This document shows positions 9,390-19,881 of a stretch of DNA of 64,000 nucleotides, piece by piece (position 1 is the stretch's first letter; each line of letters starts with the position of its first letter). A model generated the notes under the pieces. The model did no database searches, was not told the origin of the DNA, and saw nothing but the letters and a program-made list of their open reading frames with translations. The DNA comes from an uncultured candidate division Zixibacteria bacterium (GTDB lineage Bacteria > Zixibacteria > MSB-5A5 > GN15 > FEB-12): positions 35,488 through 99,487 of the forward strand of contig CAVQCT010000005.1 in NCBI GenBank assembly GCA_963711085.1. Reading direction: 5' to 3'. The translations under genes and the position numbers were made by a program.

Positions 9390-10289
9390 ATGCAAGAACC
9401 GGCTGATCATCACGGTGACCACGAGAAAACAGGCGGCGCCTATTCGAATGAAACCATTCGACTGCTAATCGAACGGGCGAGCTGCCGGAGTTTCTCCGAA
9501 AAGAAAATTCCTGAAGATGTCATGCTGCAAGTTTTGAGGTCGGGCGTCCATGCCGCGACCGGTGGCAATTTGCAGCCGTATTCTATCATCCGAATAGAGG
9601 AACAGGCGACTAAGGAGAAGTTGGCGCATTTGAACGAAGATCAGATGTTCATCGCAACTGCGCCGGTCAATCTATTGTTCTGCATCGACTGGCATCGAAC
9701 CGAACGCTGGGCTCGACTTGAGGCTGCTCCCTTCACGGCGGCCGAATCGTTCCGGCATTTCTGGATCTCCTTTCAGGATACGATAATAGCGGCCCAGAAT
9801 ATCTGTACCGCCGCCGATGCCCTGGGATTGGGGTCGGTCTATGTCGGCACGGTGATGGAATGCATTCCCCAACTCAGAGAGATCTGCAAGCTGCCCGACA
9901 AAGTCTTTCCCGTCGTCTTACTGAGTCTCGGATATCCGAAAGTCCGGCCGCAACCGCGCCGGAAACTGGGCGTCCCATCAATGGTGCACAACGAGACCTA
10001 TCAAGATCCTTCGGACGCAGCGCTGCTAAAGTCCTTCAATGAAAAGTATCCCGAAAGCCGTAGGGAGATTACTCCTGAGCGGCTTGAGGCGATTGCCGAC
10101 GTATGCAGGAAGACCGGCGGAGAGGAACTGGCCGAGACGTGCATCGCAAGAATCAAGCAGCAAGGGTTTATCAGTGCGGTGCAGTATTATTTTGGACTGC
10201 ATTACAGAGCGGATCAGATGCCGACGGGAAATGAGACGTTCCTGAAGACAATGGAAGAATTCGGGTTTGGCTGGTTCACGGGAAATTGA
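9390..10289 (+). CDS. nitroreductase-family protein
   Basis: RBS AAGAGGA precedes the start. Motifs RASCRSFSEKKIPEDV..AATGGNLQPYSII are characteristic of the nitroreductase fold. Confidence 0.75.
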   Translation: MQEPADHHGDHEKTGGAYSNETIRLLIERASCRSFSEKKIPEDVMLQVLRSGVHAATGGNLQPYSIIRIEEQATKEKLAHLNEDQMFIATAPVNLLFCIDWHRTERWARLEAAPFTAAESFRHFWISFQDTIIAAQNICTAADALGLGSVYVGTVMECIPQLREICKLPDKVFPVVLLSLGYPKVRPQPRRKLGVPSMVHNETYQDPSDAALLKSFNEKYPESRREITPERLEAIADVCRKTGGEELAETCIARIKQQGFISAVQYYFGLHYRADQMPTGNETFLKTMEEFGFGWFTGN

Positions 10290-10387
10290 TGGGAATGAGC
10301 GATTTGTGCGGTTCATGCGAAATTCACTTTCGCCGGACGAAAGCGATTCCCTATCTTTGAGTTTCACCGAATATACATGAGGACATT

Positions 10388-12542
10388 GTGGAAGACTCAC
10401 ATATCAGTTTGATTGCCGCCGAATTGAGCATCCAGCAACGCCAGGTATCGGCAACGATATCGTTGCTCGATGATCAGGCGACCGTGCCGTTCATCGCCCG
10501 GTATCGCAAAGAGGTGACCGGGAGCCTTGACGAAGTGGTCATTACTTCGATCCGCGACCGCGTAATTCAGCTTCGTGAGCTGGATAAACGACGCGAAGCG
10601 ATCATTAAATCTCTGGAAGAACGGGATCTGCTCACCGACGAACTGAAAGAGCGGATCGATGCCGCGGCGACGATGGCGGAGCTTGAAGATATTTACCTCC
10701 CCTTCCGGCCCAAACGCCGCACCCGCGCTACTATTGCCCGTGAGCGGGGACTTGAACCGCTGGCGGAGATATTGTATGCCCAGGAAGATATCGACCCGCG
10801 TAAAGAGGCGGAGCCGTTCGTTGACCCTGGAAAAGAGGTTCCGACAGTCGAAGATGCCCTGGCCGGGGCGAGAGATATCATTGCAGAGTGGGTAAACGAG
10901 GATGGCGAAGCGCGTGCGCAGATGCGCGAGCTGTTCGCCGCCCGGGCCTCGATCAAGTCGAAAGTGGTGACCGGGAAAGAAACCGAAGGAGCCAAGTTCT
11001 CCGACTATTTCGACTGGGAAGAACCGCTCGCAAATACACCGTCGCACAGGATTCTGGCGATGCGTCGCGGTGAGACCGAGGGGATTCTCAGTCTGTCGGT
11101 ATTTCCGCCTGAAGACGAGGCGTTGGAATTGCTGGAAGATCTGTTTGTCGATACCGACAACGGGGCCTCGGCCCAGGTGATGGAAGCGGTTCACGATGCT
11201 TACAAGCGTCTGCTCGGCCCGGCTATGGAAACTGAAGCCCGACTCGAATCAAAGAAGCGGGCCGATTTGGAAGCGATTCATGTCTTTTCCGACAACTTGC
11301 AAGAGTTGCTTATGGCTCCGGCGCTCGGTCAGAAAGGTGTCCTGGCGATCGATCCCGGATTCCGCACCGGCTGCAAACTGGTCTGCCTTGATCGGCAAGG
11401 GAAGCTGCTTCACAACACGACGGTCTATCCCCACGGCTCAGAGCACCAGCGAAGGGCGGCCGGAGAGGAAGTCAGGGCGCTTTGCTTGAAGTATCAGCCG
11501 GAAGTTATCGCCATCGGCAACGGTACGGCCGGCCGGGAGACGGTTGCGTTCATTCAGGAGATAGATCTACCCGGAAACATTCCGATTGAGATGGTGAACG
11601 AATCAGGAGCTTCGATCTACTCAGCCTCCGAAGTTGCTCGGGATGAATTCCCCGATTATGATGTCACCGTGCGCGGTGCGGTCTCGATCGGACGGCGTCT
11701 TATGGACCCGCTGGCCGAATTAGTAAAGATCGATCCCAAATCGATCGGGGTGGGGCAATATCAGCATGATGTCGATCAGGGAGCGCTGAAGCAGGGGCTC
11801 GATGATATCGTGATGCGATGTGTAAACGGCGTCGGTGTGGAGATCAACACCGCCAGCAAGCAACTGCTGACTTATGTTTCCGGTCTCGGGCCGGTGCTGG
11901 CCCAGAATATCATCGACTATCGCAACAGCAACGGACCGTTTCCTTCCCGCGAAGCGTTTCTCAAAGTCCCCCGTCTTGGGCCGAAAGCGTTCGAACAGGC
12001 GGCCGGTTTTCTGAGGATAGCCGATGCTCCCAATCCGCTCGACCGGAGTGCGGTGCATCCGGAAAGCTACTCTGTCGTTCACACGATGGCTAAGGATCTG
12101 GGCTGTACAGTGGCTGATCTGATTCGGGACGAGTCCTTGCGCCGGAAGACTCGAGCTGAAGCGGTATGTATCGGATAAAATCGGCATCCCGACATTGAAA
12201 GATATCATGGACGAACTGGCCAGGCCGGGGAGAGATCCGCGCGCCACTTTCGAAACCTTCGCGTTCGATGACTCGGTGAAGACGATGGAAGATCTCAAGG
12301 TCGGTATGCAGCTGCCCGGAGTAGTCACCAATGTCACCGCTTTCGGCGCGTTTGTCGATATCGGCGTGCACCAGGATGGACTGATTCACATCAGTGAATT
12401 GGCCGACCGGTATGTTAAGGACCCGGCCGAGATCGTGAAAGTGCAGCAGAAAGTCCGGGTGACTGTTCTTAACGTCGATATCGACCGCAAACGAATTTCC
12501 CTCTCGCTTCGTCAAAAAAAGACACAAGAGAACAAACCGTAA
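10388..12542 (+). CDS. tex: transcription accessory protein Tex (S1 RNA-binding domain protein), frame-broken at ~12149
   Basis: The N-terminus TVPFIARYRKEVTGSLDE, the YqgF/HhH regions and the C-terminal S1 domain (GVVTNVTAFGAFVDIGVHQDGLIHISE) are split between ORF 10388..12178 and ORF 12195..12542. Skipping one base after ..RRK restores LELKRYVSDKIGIPTLKDIMDEL. Confidence 0.9.
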
Positions 12543-12595
12543 GATCGCATCTTGCCACATGAATCATTTTTTCGGACGAAAGCCGGATGTAAAGC

Positions 12596-14086
12596 ATGAG
12601 TAATTTCACCGTCCAGAATGTCGATTTCAACATGGTGATCTTCGGAGCGTCCGGAGATTTGACGCATCGGAAGCTGGTGCCGGCATTGTATAACCTGAAT
12701 CGCAAACAGCGGCTTCCGGCAAATATCCATATTGTCGGGTTTGCACGACGGGAGTTCACCGATGACAGCTTCCGGGATCACCTGCGCGAGGGAGTCAGGG
12801 AGTTCTCGGTCGACACGTTCAACGAATCGGCCTGGCAAACATTCGCTCCGAAAATTCACTACTGTCCTGGGGATCTGAGCAATCGGGAAGATCTCCTTCG
12901 GCTGGATGCCCTGCTAAGGATTTTCGAGCAGCGTCCGGCCGATCGCCTCTACTACCTCGCAATTGCGCCGCATTTGTATGTTAACGTCATAGATTCACTC
13001 GGGTCGTGCGATATGTCGCAGGCTCCGGACGGATTCCGGAATATCATTGTCGAAAAGCCGTTCGGGACCGATCTCAAGTCGGCCCAGGAACTGAATCGAA
13101 AAATCCACAAGGTGTTCGGCGAAGACCAGATCTACCGGATCGATCACTATCTGGGGAAGGAGACCGCTCAGAATATCCTGTTTTTCCGGTTCGCCAACAC
13201 GATATTCGAGCCGATCTGGAATCGAAGATATGTCGACAGCGTGCAGATCACGGTGGCGGAGGATGTCGATATCGGCCATCGCGCCGGCTACTACGACAAG
13301 GCAGGAGTGCTCAGGGATATGTTTCAGAACCACTTGATGCAGTTGTTCACCCTGATAGCCATGGAACCGCCCGCCTCATTTCAAGCCGACACGCTTCGTA
13401 ACGAAAAGGTGAAGGTCCTCTCAGCGGTACAACCGGTTCGAATCGAAGACACTGTCCGGGGACAATATGCCGGTTACCTTGACCATGACGGGGTGGCGTC
13501 AGACTCCACCACTCCGACCTACGCCGCGGTCAAAGCATATGTGAACACCTGGCGGTGGAAGGGGGTACCGTTCTACCTTCGCTCCGGAAAGGCACTTGAG
13601 ACCAAGGCGAGCCATATCTCCGTAATTTTTCAGCGCCCGCCGCTGAGCATGTTTGAAATGGAATCAGACCAACAGATTACGCCTAATATTCTGAGCATGT
13701 GCATCCAGCCGGACGAAGGAATCCACCTGAAATTTGAAACCAAAGTTCCGGACACGGCCGAACAGACAAGATCGGTTGATATGGAATTTCATTACCGGTC
13801 GTCGTTTCGGGATCAGCGGCTCCCGGATGCCTACGAACGGCTGTTACTTGACGCCATCAAAGGGGATGCTTCATTATTTGCCCGGGATGACGAGATCGAG
13901 ACCTCCTGGCGGCTGGTCGATCCGATCCTCGAGGGTTGGTCCGGCCCGGATGCCCCGCCGCTTGCCCGGTACGAACCGGGGAGCTGGGGACCGGAGGCAG
14001 CCGAAGAGCTGATGAGGCGTTCCGGTCGGGAATGGCGGTTGGGATGCGGGCCGGGAGGACATGAGGCCGGGATCTCGAACGACTGA
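12596..14086 (+). CDS. zwf: glucose-6-phosphate 1-dehydrogenase
   Basis: Motifs [17 protein letters not shown] and RIDHYLGKE. Full length at 496 aa. Confidence 0.95.
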   Translation: MSNFTVQNVDFNMVIFGASGDLTHRKLVPALYNLNRKQRLPANIHIVGFARREFTDDSFRDHLREGVREFSVDTFNESAWQTFAPKIHYCPGDLSNREDLLRLDALLRIFEQRPADRLYYLAIAPHLYVNVIDSLGSCDMSQAPDGFRNIIVEKPFGTDLKSAQELNRKIHKVFGEDQIYRIDHYLGKETAQNILFFRFANTIFEPIWNRRYVDSVQITVAEDVDIGHRAGYYDKAGVLRDMFQNHLMQLFTLIAMEPPASFQADTLRNEKVKVLSAVQPVRIEDTVRGQYAGYLDHDGVASDSTTPTYAAVKAYVNTWRWKGVPFYLRSGKALETKASHISVIFQRPPLSMFEMESDQQITPNILSMCIQPDEGIHLKFETKVPDTAEQTRSVDMEFHYRSSFRDQRLPDAYERLLLDAIKGDASLFARDDEIETSWRLVDPILEGWSGPDAPPLARYEPGSWGPEAAEELMRRSGREWRLGCGPGGHEAGISND

Positions 14087-14331
14087 GCCCGCCAGGCCGC
14101 AAAATTGGTCTTGCTAACCTGTTTCAATGTGTATACTATATCTGAGCAATTTGAACAACCGCCGGGTACGGTTGTTGAAACATACAATGGAAACTAACTT
14201 CGCAAGTTCAGGATGCATTTCAGGTATATGACACCTGATGACGAACCGCATTTATGCCCGCGTGTGGCGGGTCGCTCGCTTCACGTAACTTTCCGGTATC
14301 ATTACCACCTACATCGAAAGAAGGGTGTGCT

Positions 14332-14976
14332 TTGCCGACTGAAAAAAGTCCAGCACAGAAAACTGCCGTAGCCAGGGAGTACCTGGCCAGGGATTCCCGT
14401 GAGACGTTCTACGTCAACCTGGCGGGAGACTACGGCTATCTCGAACTCCCCTATTACCTCTCGCAGGATCTGGAGAACAGCGGACATACCGTTCATCCGA
14501 CCTGCCAGGAGATGCTCGACGCTTATATCACGCCGATTATGCTGGCCAAGGCGAAGGTTGTCGGCATCCCCACTCCGGAATACTACATCACCAACGGGTA
14601 TTTCGAGGCTCCGGTTATTGTCGATACGGCGAACCCGTTCATGCTTCGAAGCCGGATCGTGCTCAAACAGAATCTGCAATCCCGGGTGGCCAAATCAATG
14701 ACGCGAAATTATACCTATGCGATTTGCTGCCAGGAACTTCCGCCGAATTCACAGGTCAAGTATTTCCGCTCGGTGTACGGTTGGTGTCAGTATGAGAAGT
14801 TCCGTCATATTTCGGAGGACGTCTGGACCAAGCTCGGAATCCCGCTCGCCAAAGTGCGGGTGGTGGTCCTCGAAGACGGTAACATGCTGCTGTCGGATAT
14901 CGGTCCGCTCCCGTTCAAAACCCTCAATCAGCATGAACTCGAATTTTTGAGCAAGAGGGTGCAATGGGAAGAATAG
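14332..14976 (+). CDS. RimK-like ATP-grasp N-terminal (RLAN) domain protein
   Basis: ORF 14254..14976. The likely start is TTG 14332, after AGAAGGG. The sequence YVNLAGDYGYLELPYYLSQDLENSGHTVHPT.. resembles RLAN-family proteins that accompany RimK-type ligases. It overlaps the next gene by 13 nt. Confidence 0.65.
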   Translation: MPTEKSPAQKTAVAREYLARDSRETFYVNLAGDYGYLELPYYLSQDLENSGHTVHPTCQEMLDAYITPIMLAKAKVVGIPTPEYYITNGYFEAPVIVDTANPFMLRSRIVLKQNLQSRVAKSMTRNYTYAICCQELPPNSQVKYFRSVYGWCQYEKFRHISEDVWTKLGIPLAKVRVVVLEDGNMLLSDIGPLPFKTLNQHELEFLSKRVQWEE

Positions 14977-15848
14977 GTGTATACGTAGAGCGGTACACGA
15001 TCACTCATTCTGAAGAGATGGGTGCGCTCATGAAATTCGGGCAGGTCGCCCGCAAACTGGGACATCATATCGATTACCTCTTCCGCCCCGACATATACAA
15101 GATTCCCCAGTATGACGCCGTGTTCATCCGCGCGTTGACCGACCCGCTGAATACATCGTACATTGCCTCGCGCACGGCGGAGTTGAATAACATCAGGGTG
15201 CTCGACGATTCCAAATCGATTTACATCTGTTGCGACAAAGTCAACATGTACCGGCACATGCAGTCCCACGGCGTCCCGCTTCCTGAGACCCTGTTTCTTA
15301 AGGAAAGTGATCTCACCATCCGCAAGGGAGCGGAGTTGCTCGATCACCTCGGCGAACCGCTGGTGCTCAAGGCTCCGAACAGCAGCTTCTCGTTGTATGT
15401 CGAGAAAGCTCACACACCGCAGGAGTTCGTCAAGATCGGCAACAAGTTTCTCCGTCGATCCGACCGGATCGTGGTGCAGAAGTTCATTCGGTCAGAGTTC
15501 GATTGGCGAGTGGGGATGCTCGGCGGCCAGATTCTGTACGTCTGCCAGTATACCATTCCCAAGAAACGCTGGAAAATTCTGACGTATATAGAAAATGGCA
15601 AAGCAGTCTATGGCCCGGTGCGCGGTGTCGATGTCGACAAGGCCGATCCCAAGCTGCTCGAAATTGCCCTGGCCGCCGGCGCGGCGGTGGGCAACGGGCT
15701 GTATGGAGTCGACCTGAAACAGGTCGGCGACAGCTATGTCGTCATCGAGGTGAACGACAATCCGTCTATCGACAGCGGCGCCGAAGATCAGAACTCTCCG
15801 CAACTCTACGAACGGATCATCCGCTACCTGTTAGGGGAATGGGGATGA
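14964..15848 (+). CDS. RimK-family ATP-grasp alpha-L-glutamate-type ligase
   Basis: 294 aa. ATP-grasp core LVLKAPNSSFSLYVEK .. VVQKFI .. DWRVGMLGGQ .. GVDLKQVGDSYVVIEVNDNPSI. Confidence 0.85.
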   Translation: MGRIGVYVERYTITHSEEMGALMKFGQVARKLGHHIDYLFRPDIYKIPQYDAVFIRALTDPLNTSYIASRTAELNNIRVLDDSKSIYICCDKVNMYRHMQSHGVPLPETLFLKESDLTIRKGAELLDHLGEPLVLKAPNSSFSLYVEKAHTPQEFVKIGNKFLRRSDRIVVQKFIRSEFDWRVGMLGGQILYVCQYTIPKKRWKILTYIENGKAVYGPVRGVDVDKADPKLLEIALAAGAAVGNGLYGVDLKQVGDSYVVIEVNDNPSIDSGAEDQNSPQLYERIIRYLLGEWG

Positions 15849-15851
15849 ACG

Positions 15852-16973
15852 ATGAAAGGTGACCCGAAAGTTCGGGTAGGGACGCTTAAGGATCTTGATG
15901 CCCTGGTCGATCTCGAAGAACGCGGGTTCGCGCTGGACCGGTTCTCCCGCCAGCAGTTCGAATATCTCCTGAGCAAAGCGAATGCCACCGTGCTGGTGCT
16001 CGTCTACCGTCGCAAAGTCGGTGGTGCGGCGATCATGCTGTGGCGTGCGAACGCTTCGATCGGCCGTCTCTACAGCATCATCGTCGATCCAGACCTTCAG
16101 GGTAAACAGCTCGGTACCATTCTCCTGAGAGCCTGTGAGCGGGAAGCTTCGAAACGAAAATGCGAAGAGATGTCGTTGGAGGTGCGAAGTGACAACAAGC
16201 AGGCGATCGGCTTTTACGAAAAGCACGGGTACAAAGTCGTCGACACCCTCCCGGGGTACTATTCCGATGGCGCCTCCGGCCTTCGCATGATCAAACCGCT
16301 CACCCGGGTCGGTTCAGGAGCGCTCCAGTTGAAAATTCCGTATTACAGTCAGACTCTCGAATTCACCTGTGGCTCCGCCTGCCTGATGATGGCATTCAAA
16401 TACTTCACCCCGGATCTGACCCCCAGCCGCCTGCTGGAGCTTACGCTGTGGCGGGAAGCGACCCTCGTGTTCATGACTTCGGGGATGGGGGGATGCGGTC
16501 CGTTCGGATTAGCGCTGGCTGCGCAGACAAGGGATTACCCGGTAAAAGTCCTGCTCTCCCGGGAGCAATCTCCGTTTTTCTCCTCCGTACGCAAGAAAGA
16601 GAAGCGTCAGGTCATTCGTATTATTCACGATGATCTTCAGGCCAGAGCGTTAGAAGCCGGGGTGCGCGTAAAATATCAGGATGTCACGATCAGAGATATC
16701 GCGCGTGAGATGCAGAAGGGCCGTATCCCGATCGTGCTCATCAGCACCTATCGTTTGCACGGAGATCGCGCACCGCACTGGGTGGTTCTTACCGGGTACG
16801 ACAGCGAATACGTCTACTTTCACGATTCCTACGAGGGGTTTTACGAGCACGACCCGAAGCTGGCACGCAATGTCAAGATTCCCGTCGCCGAGTTCAATAA
16901 AATGAAGCGATACGGGAAAGATCTGTACAAGTGCGCGTTGTTTATCGGGGGGCCGGAAAAGGGCTCAGCATAG
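15852..16973 (+). CDS. GNAT N-acetyltransferase fused to a papain-like (C39-like) cysteine peptidase domain
   Basis: The N-terminal ~150 aa are GNAT-like (RLYSIIVDPDLQGKQLGTILL..FYEKHGY). The C-terminal half has Q-x5-C (YYSQTLEFTCGSAC), His (APHWVVLTGYD) and a downstream acidic residue, consistent with a Cys-peptidase triad. Confidence 0.7.
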   Translation: MKGDPKVRVGTLKDLDALVDLEERGFALDRFSRQQFEYLLSKANATVLVLVYRRKVGGAAIMLWRANASIGRLYSIIVDPDLQGKQLGTILLRACEREASKRKCEEMSLEVRSDNKQAIGFYEKHGYKVVDTLPGYYSDGASGLRMIKPLTRVGSGALQLKIPYYSQTLEFTCGSACLMMAFKYFTPDLTPSRLLELTLWREATLVFMTSGMGGCGPFGLALAAQTRDYPVKVLLSREQSPFFSSVRKKEKRQVIRIIHDDLQARALEAGVRVKYQDVTIRDIAREMQKGRIPIVLISTYRLHGDRAPHWVVLTGYDSEYVYFHDSYEGFYEHDPKLARNVKIPVAEFNKMKRYGKDLYKCALFIGGPEKGSA

Positions 16974-17382
16974 TACTTATCTGGCGTTGTCTCGTCGCAA
17001 GCGGCAGTGCGATTCGGGCTTCGGCATGCGCCGTAAGTCCCTTTGCCACTCGGCGGCTGACTCTCCGGCATTCTCCTTCGTTTTCAACTAACATAACGCC
17101 AACGAGTTATAAGAGCACCGCAATTTCCGGTGGCGACATTAATCGGAACAGTTCGGGCGGCTGTGATGTTTAACTGTTGATGATGGTTTGCCACTGGCCT
17201 GCGTTAAAATACCCCTTGACAACCTTCGTTGGCGCGGCCTTATTTGTGCCTTCGTCAGTCTATGTTTCGGTGACAACCACCGTTATGAAAACCGGTAAGA
17301 AGGAGTCGTGGAAACAGAAGATTCAAGTAACCCGATCCAGTCTCGATTGGATCCAATTGTAAATCAACAACGTCCTGCAATG

Positions 17383-17424
17383 GACGTGTGCAAGTAAGCC
17401 GGACTTGTACATGTCTTTTTTTTT
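17383..17424 (+). terminator. strong intrinsic terminator (13-bp stem plus T9)
   Basis: gacgtgtgcaagt (17383-17395) pairs with acttgtacatgtc (17403-17415), with two G-U pairs. The loop is aagccgg and nine T follow at 17416-17424. Confidence 0.8.
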
Positions 17425-17473
17425 GAACAACTCTTTAATGAAAATTACGGACCGGCTGAAAGGACCAAGTATT

Positions 17474-18070
17474 ATGTTCAAGCGTGTGTCAATTGTGTTT
17501 GCGGCACTCGCGGTGTTGCTTGTGGGAGGATGCAGCAAGGCTCCTGAAATGGAAATGAACAACGCAACGACGTCGATGCAGGCTGCCCAGACGGCCGAGG
17601 CCGAGCAGTATGCTCCGGATGCTTATAAGATGGCTCAGGATACGCTCGCGGCTGCCAATGCCGCCAAGACTGAGCAGGATTCCAAGTTCTCGCTCTTTAG
17701 AAGCTATGGCGCTTCCAAGGCACTCTTTGCTTCTGCTCAGACCCTGGCCGACAAGGCCAAGGCGGATGCCGAAGCTGAAAAGGAACGCGTCCACCAGGAA
17801 GTCACCGGTATGCTAACCGAAACTCAGGCTGCGATCGACGCTGCAACTGCGGCGCTGAGCAAAGCTCCCCGCGGAAAAGGTACCAAAGCGGATATCGAAA
17901 TGATCAAAAATGATCTGGCCGGCGTGAAGACGGCGTTCGATGATGCGAAGGCGGATTTCGACGGCGGCAAGTATCTGGTTGCGAAAACCAAACTGCAGAC
18001 GGTAAAGGCCAAAGCCGACTCGATCACCAATGAGATAGCGACGGCGGCGGCTCGTAAGGCGGGAAAGTAA
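17474..18070 (+). CDS. DUF4398-like alpha-helical lipoprotein
   Basis: Lipoprotein signal MFKRVSIVFAALAVLLVGGC, then Ala/Lys/Asp-rich helical repeats with an ..AEQYAPDAY.. motif. ORF-track start 17405 rejected in favour of Met 17474. Confidence 0.6.
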   Translation: MFKRVSIVFAALAVLLVGGCSKAPEMEMNNATTSMQAAQTAEAEQYAPDAYKMAQDTLAAANAAKTEQDSKFSLFRSYGASKALFASAQTLADKAKADAEAEKERVHQEVTGMLTETQAAIDAATAALSKAPRGKGTKADIEMIKNDLAGVKTAFDDAKADFDGGKYLVAKTKLQTVKAKADSITNEIATAAARKAGK

Positions 18071-18106
18071 GTCTCTCGCTGAACTCTCCAGTTTCTGTAA
18101 AGCACG

Positions 18107-18130
18107 GGGTCGCCTATCAACAGGCGACCC
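18107..18130 (+). terminator. hairpin terminator after the DUF4398-like gene
   Basis: gggtcgcct-atcaac-aggcgaccc (9-bp stem) followed by tattgtaatt. Confidence 0.55.
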
Positions 18131-18140
18131 TATTGTAATT

Positions 18141-19239
18141 ATGAGAAGAATTCAGGAAAACAGGACGACATTGCGAACAGGGTATTTCTACGCTCTAACG
18201 GCGCTGATTCTCTCGCTACTCTCCGGCTGTCAGAAACAGCCGCTGGACTCTTTGCAAAAAGCAAAGGGAGCAGTGGAGGCAGCCTCGAAAGCGGGGGCGC
18301 TGAAGTACCAGGCGGACAGATATCACAAACTTGAGGAGCTTCTCGAATCGGGCAGGCAGGAGATGGCGCGTCAGAACGGACGGCTCGCACCGCTTCGCAA
18401 CTATCAAGCGGCCGATTCGATCTTCCATGTGGTTACCGTCTCGGCTAACAATCTGAGTAGTTCGGTGACGGCTCAAATTAACCAACTCCGCTCCAACGCC
18501 GAAACGAAACGTGAGGATTTCCAGGAAGAGCTGAAGTCCTGGCGCGAGGCGCTCGATGGTTCGCTGACGATTTATAACGCGGAAAAATACTGGTCATCGG
18601 CCGATCTCGCATTGCAGATGAGCAAGAATCTCATGGCGAATCATGAATACAAAGAAGCGATCGAGGCGCTCGACAAAGGACACCAGTCGCTCGAGAACCT
18701 GTCGGAGGTTCTGGCCGAATACGATAACGATGCCTCGCAGAAGATCAAAGTCTGGCGTAAATGGGTGGATCAAACGATCGAAGAGTCCCGTCGGGATGGC
18801 AAGACGGCGATCATTGTCGATAAGTCCAAGCACAAATTATATCTGATCAAATCAGGTAAAGTGGTTCATGTTTACAGCTGCGAGTTGGGATATAATTCGG
18901 CCCGGCAGAAATTCTTTTCCGGGGATGGAGCGACCCCCGAAGGACGCTACCGGGTGACTAAAGCCCGTCAGAATGGCTCAAAGTTCTATAAGGCCCTGCT
19001 GGTCGATTACCCTAATCAGACGGACAAGAATCGCTTCGCCGAAAACAAGCGCAAGGGAGTGATCTCGGACAACGCCCGTATCGGCGGCCTGATTGAAATC
19101 CATGGATGGGGCGGTCAAAACAAAGACTGGACCGATGGGTGTGTCGCCCTGACTAACCAGGAGATGGATCAGCTGATGCAGATATGCATCGGTCGGCACG
19201 CTAGTAACTATTGTCAGGAAATCGGATCTCTGGCCATGA
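18141..19239 (+). CDS. L,D-transpeptidase (YkuD domain) lipoprotein with DUF4398-like N-terminal region, frame-broken at ~19182
   Basis: Lipobox LSLLSGC. YkuD core KHKLYLIKSGK..GDGATPEGRY..IEIHGWGG..TDGCVALTN. After ..DQLMQ the +1 frame gives YASVGTLVTIVRKSDLWP and stop TGA at 19237-19239. Confidence 0.8.
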
Positions 19240-19874
19240 AAAGATTGTTGTTAGGCCTTCTCGTAGTTGTGCTGGTGATCGCCAGTCTCAGCGTCATGCT
19301 CAGGAGCAAACATTCCACTCCGGAGGATCCGCTTTTGTTCTCTGATTCGACAATTGCCCCGCTTCCGGCCGATGTCAGGACGGCCCAGAAGGACTTGAAG
19401 AAAGCGCGAACGGAGCTTGCCCGGTATCGTCCCTCGGGAGCCTACATCGTAGTGAATACGCACGCCAACAAAGTATATCTCAGGACGGCCGATTCTATTC
19501 TGGTCGAAGGAGATTGCTCCACCGGCACCGGCGCAGAGCTGGTCGACAGTACCAGCGGACGGCACTGGGTATTCGACACGCCGAGAGGCTCGTTCAAGGT
19601 GACCACCAAGCTCAAGGAGCCCTGGTGGCGCAAGCCGGATTGGGCGTATCTGGAAGAAGGCGAAACGGTCCCGAAGAACGAACAGGATCGTCTGGATCCG
19701 GAGATGATGGGAGCGTATGCGATCGGGTTCGGCGACGGCTTCTATATCCACGGGACGATCTATGAACGCCTGCTCGGTATCTCCGTGACGCACGGATGTG
19801 TCCGGGTGGGTGCGGACGACCTCAAGAATATCTATGACAAGGTACGAATTGGCACACCGATCTATATATTCTAG
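19236..19874 (+). CDS. L,D-transpeptidase (YkuD domain), membrane-anchored
   Basis: ATG 19236 overlaps the corrected stop of the upstream gene (ATGA). MKRLLLGLLVVVLVIASLSV anchor; catalytic motif ISVTHGCVRV. Confidence 0.8.
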   Translation: MKRLLLGLLVVVLVIASLSVMLRSKHSTPEDPLLFSDSTIAPLPADVRTAQKDLKKARTELARYRPSGAYIVVNTHANKVYLRTADSILVEGDCSTGTGAELVDSTSGRHWVFDTPRGSFKVTTKLKEPWWRKPDWAYLEEGETVPKNEQDRLDPEMMGAYAIGFGDGFYIHGTIYERLLGISVTHGCVRVGADDLKNIYDKVRIGTPIYIF

Positions 19875-19881
19875 CCCACGA

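Noticed and set aside
17250-17424. 6S RNA or another known housekeeping sRNA in the gap before the terminator
   Set aside because: The 5' and 3' ends are not complementary, so there is no long closing stem with a central bubble. I recognise no tmRNA, RNase P or SRP motifs.
18141-19874. Single 577-aa protein with two YkuD domains
   Set aside because: The C-terminus of the first enzyme and its stop codon are found in the +1 frame at 19183-19239. The second enzyme has its own ATG and membrane anchor at 19236. The long ORF is a fusion created by the extra base.
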